From: a virus
Lineage: Duplodnaviria; Caudoviricetes
DNA: 27,110 bases
IMG/VR virus record: IMGVR_UViG_3300037483_000139
Coordinates: 1 to 27,110 of that record
Strand: one strand, 5' to 3'
Below the pieces are notes generated by a model. The model ran no database searches. It saw only the letters and a list, made by a program, of their open reading frames with translations, and was not told where the DNA came from. A program made the translations under genes and the position numbers. Positions 24,721 through 27,110 of the stretch are shown piece after piece; the first letter of the stretch is position 1, and the number at the start of each line of letters is the position of its first letter.

Positions 24721-25193
24721 GATCCGGCCTTGGGTTGGATGTCGGCGATCAGTTTCTCAACTACCTCAGGAATCCGACGCTGGATTTCCTTGCAATCATG
24801 CCAACCGTCATCCATCCCGAGATGACGCTGGAGCCACTCGGCATCGCTCATCCCGCCATCCATCCACTTTCCATCACGTGTAATTCCGCAGTGGTAAGCG
24901 TTCCAGCAATTATCGATCAAAGATTCTCGAAGCGCATCTTCCAGGCCCTTGATCCGATCCGCCACCTCCCGATACGTCATCGGGCCGATGATTTCTTCGT
25001 AGGCGCGTTCGTTGGATTCGAGTTCGGCGATGCGGACGAATTGGTCGCCGCACTGATCCATCAACGACTTGATGTCAGCGTGGCAACGTTCGATTTCATC
25101 GGCGGCCTCGTAAATCTCAGTAACACCAGGGTCGTCGCGCAGGCGATCGACCAGATCGGTGCTCTGTACCGTGTTGCTCGGGGGAGTGGTCAT
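24717..25193 (-). CDS. Ead/Ea22-like mosaic protein
   Basis: DLVDRLR...EAADEIER...RIAELE; GAGG RBS. Confidence 0.65.
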   Translation of the reverse strand: MTTPPSNTVQSTDLVDRLRDDPGVTEIYEAADEIERCHADIKSLMDQCGDQFVRIAELESNERAYEEIIGPMTYREVADRIKGLEDALRESLIDNCWNAYHCGITRDGKWMDGGMSDAEWLQRHLGMDDGWHDCKEIQRRIPEVVEKLIADIQPKAGS

Positions 25194-25203
25194 GCGGCGG
25201 CCT

Positions 25204-25617
25204 CTAAAATGGAATTGGTTCTGGTTCTGGCTTGTAAGCGATGGCGTTCTCGGAAAGCCGCTTCATCGAATCCAAAAGCGGGTTGAGATAGTCAACGGCG
25301 ATGCCTTCCGTCTTGCCAACGTCGATCAGCTTCCCGAGCTTGTCCATAAAGGCATGAAGCCTCGCCTGCTCAGCAGTAGGAAGCGCCGAAATGAAAGCTT
25401 CGGCTTTGCGGATGCACTCATCAAAGCTGCCGCCGAAGAAATGCTGGTATTCCTTTTCCCAATCGCTGACCGCGCCGTATTTCTTCCAACTCATCGCAAT
25501 GCGAACTCCGGCGTTTGCCTCAATCTCAAATTCCACATTGGGCTTCACCTTGCCCTTTTCCGAAAGCTTGGCGGGAAGGGGGTTAATCGCTGCGTAGATG
25601 TCTTCAATCGTGGTCAT
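25204..25617 (-). CDS. Hypothetical phage protein
   Basis: 137 aa, GGAGG RBS. Confidence 0.8.
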   Translation of the reverse strand: MTTIEDIYAAINPLPAKLSEKGKVKPNVEFEIEANAGVRIAMSWKKYGAVSDWEKEYQHFFGGSFDECIRKAEAFISALPTAEQARLHAFMDKLGKLIDVGKTEGIAVDYLNPLLDSMKRLSENAIAYKPEPEPIPF

Positions 25618-25644
25618 ATATCAAACCCTCCATTTTTCTTTCAG

Positions 25645-25725
25645 TTAGCGAATGGCCAATAGCAGATACGCCAGCACGCCAATGATTGCCGGCGCGGCTA
25701 ACGGGCCTATGTCGAAGATGGTCAT
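25645..25725 (-). CDS. 26-aa TM peptide (absent from ORF track)
   Basis: GAGG RBS, ATGA coupling; MTIFDIGPLAAPAIIGVLAYLLLAIR. Confidence 0.5.
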   Translation of the reverse strand: MTIFDIGPLAAPAIIGVLAYLLLAIR

Positions 25726-26018
25726 CGTGACCTCATTTTGATTGCCAGCATGAATGGGTCCAGCCCGTAGCTCTGCCAAAATGCCATTTCGTTCATCGTA
25801 TGTTGTTCTCGATGATGCTTACCGCACAGGGGCAAGCACCACTTATCGCTTGGCCGACCCCATCCAAAATCATCCTTGCCCAATTCAAGTTTCTGGGTCC
25901 GGATGTGGGCCGCCTCTACGGTCGTGTTATCGCCACAGATCACGCAGGGCTGCTGGCGTATCCAGGCAAGGTGCTTGGCGTCCTTTTCGCGGGGCTCGCG
26001 TTGGCGAAGCTCGCTCAT
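25722..26018 (-). CDS. DUF968-like putative HNH-type nuclease
   Basis: HLAWIRQQPCVICG...EAAHIR...PSDKWCLPLCGKHHREQH...FW. Confidence 0.8.
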   Translation of the reverse strand: MSELRQREPREKDAKHLAWIRQQPCVICGDNTTVEAAHIRTQKLELGKDDFGWGRPSDKWCLPLCGKHHREQHTMNEMAFWQSYGLDPFMLAIKMRSR

Positions 26019-26428
26019 ACTTCCTCCAAATCATGCTGATCATGAAACGTGATGTTGTTCTCGGCGCCCCACGCCGCGATGTAATCCATCACCTCGGACA
26101 TTTCTCCGACTGACAGATCAGAAGAGGACCGACCACAAGGAACCATGCCGTGGCGGTGAATTGCTGGTAGGTACTGCATCTCGATGCCTCGCTCATCCGC
26201 GTAGGCGTGCAAGAAAATCAGTTTCCATTGCTCGGTATTGTAGCGGCGGCCATCGATCCGGCCCTGCACGGCCACGTCAGTAAGCATTGCCCAGAAACGA
26301 GAGTTTTGCTCCAGACTCCTGCGAGGCCCCTTAAACTCGACCCTTGTTCCAATCGGCGATCGGCGCAGCCAGTCGGCAGCAATCTCCCGATCTTTCGTTG
26401 AGGAAAGAACAACAACGGCTCGGCTCAT
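26015..26428 (-). CDS. ninB: NinB/Orf recombination mediator
   Basis: RSLEQNSRFWAMLTDVA...EQWKLIF...SSDLSVGEMSEVMDYIAAWGAE. Confidence 0.88.
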   Translation of the reverse strand: MSRAVVVLSSTKDREIAADWLRRSPIGTRVEFKGPRRSLEQNSRFWAMLTDVAVQGRIDGRRYNTEQWKLIFLHAYADERGIEMQYLPAIHRHGMVPCGRSSSDLSVGEMSEVMDYIAAWGAENNITFHDQHDLEEV

Positions 26429-27009
26429 CGTACTCGCCTCCAAGTATCCCCTTTGATGGCTTTAGACGCGGAGCTTCTGGAAACTCCGAAGCGCCGCCCG
26501 ATTTCTGTGAAAGACAATGTAAGCTTCCGCATCTCCCGAACGTCGTCTGGAGTTAGCTTGGCATTGAAATTCCGTGTACCATGGGCGATGCGATTTCGCG
26601 ACATAGCGTCGTGAACGTTGTTGCGAGGCGTTCCGGGATAGAGGTGCGAAGGGCGAACACACTGTGGATTATCGCAAGTGTGACAAGCAACATTTCCTTC
26701 CAGTACAGGGCGGCAGTCGTATTCTAGCGCCAGAACATGAGCGCGGTACCGCTTCCCGTTGTGGCCGATGTATCCGTATCCGTAACCATCAAGAGATCCG
26801 GTCCAGTTCCAGCATCCTTCGCCTTGCTCGAAGCTTGCATCGAATATCTCACGCAGCGGGCGGCGCTGCTCAGTCATGCGAGATGCATTGGCATTTCCAA
26901 AGCATGCCTTGGAGCAGTACCTCCGGGCCGCCCATTGCTTCCGGTCAAAGCGCTTATCCTTCTCAAATGATAAGCCGCAGCATTCACATGGCTTGGTCGG
27001 GCGGCTCAT
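26425..27009 (-). CDS. HNH endonuclease with N-terminal zinc finger and C-terminal HTH
   Basis: CECCG..YCSKAC; CWNWTG...GYG...RAH...ACHTCDNPQCVRPSHL..GT..NN; AKLT..DVR...EIGRRFGVS. Confidence 0.9.
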   Translation of the reverse strand: MSRPTKPCECCGLSFEKDKRFDRKQWAARRYCSKACFGNANASRMTEQRRPLREIFDASFEQGEGCWNWTGSLDGYGYGYIGHNGKRYRAHVLALEYDCRPVLEGNVACHTCDNPQCVRPSHLYPGTPRNNVHDAMSRNRIAHGTRNFNAKLTPDDVREMRKLTLSFTEIGRRFGVSRSSASKAIKGDTWRRVR

Positions 27010-27110
27010 GCTGCGGCTTTCTGGCCATATCGCCGGATGAACTCGACGGTCTGCTGCAGCTCGATGTTGAACAGATCGACCTCGCGGGCGATCTTTGCGA
27101 TGTAGTCTTC
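27006..27110 (-). CDS. C-terminus of probable YqaJ/lambda-exonuclease family protein (truncated by the window)
   Basis: EDYIAKIAREVDLFNIELQQTVEFIRRYGQKAAA-stop, ATGA-coupled to the HNH gene, next to ninB. Confidence 0.6.
   Translation of the reverse strand, partial: EDYIAKIAREVDLFNIELQQTVEFIRRYGQKAAA

Noticed and set aside
25154-25172. CGGTA-N9-GATCT as another dyad site
   Set aside because: Two mismatches and no characteristic tail; within chance.
1-27110. tRNA or rRNA genes
   Set aside because: No cloverleaf or rRNA signature seen in the few intergenic gaps; a tRNAscan-SE run would confirm.

Overview
Part of the genome of a temperate, short-tailed (P22-like tail and ejection module) phage, most likely of an alphaproteobacterium (host inferred, not shown by the sequence). 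The + strand (1-17675) holds late genes: a repeat-containing virion protein, gp4- and gp10-like tail proteins, a GNAT protein, three ejection proteins, an HNH-AP2 endonuclease, a tail fibre, an endolysin-holin-Rz/Rz1 lysis cassette, several small membrane proteins and a second block of virion/tailspike genes. The - strand (17720-27110) holds early genes: exonuclease C-terminus, HNH, ninB, a DUF968-like nuclease, many small ORFs, overlapping xis-int and a probably intact attP. The most notable signal is about 17 copies of a degenerate 19-bp dyad, CGRWY-N9-RWYCG. They sit at gene junctions and at apparent domain boundaries inside one ORF, forming two arrays (18274-20528 and 22462-24057) on either side of xis-int-attP. 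Neighbouring copies share spacer sequence, which suggests an integron/shufflon-like gene- and domain-cassette shuffling system. All family assignments come from motif recognition and synteny; no database searches were run.
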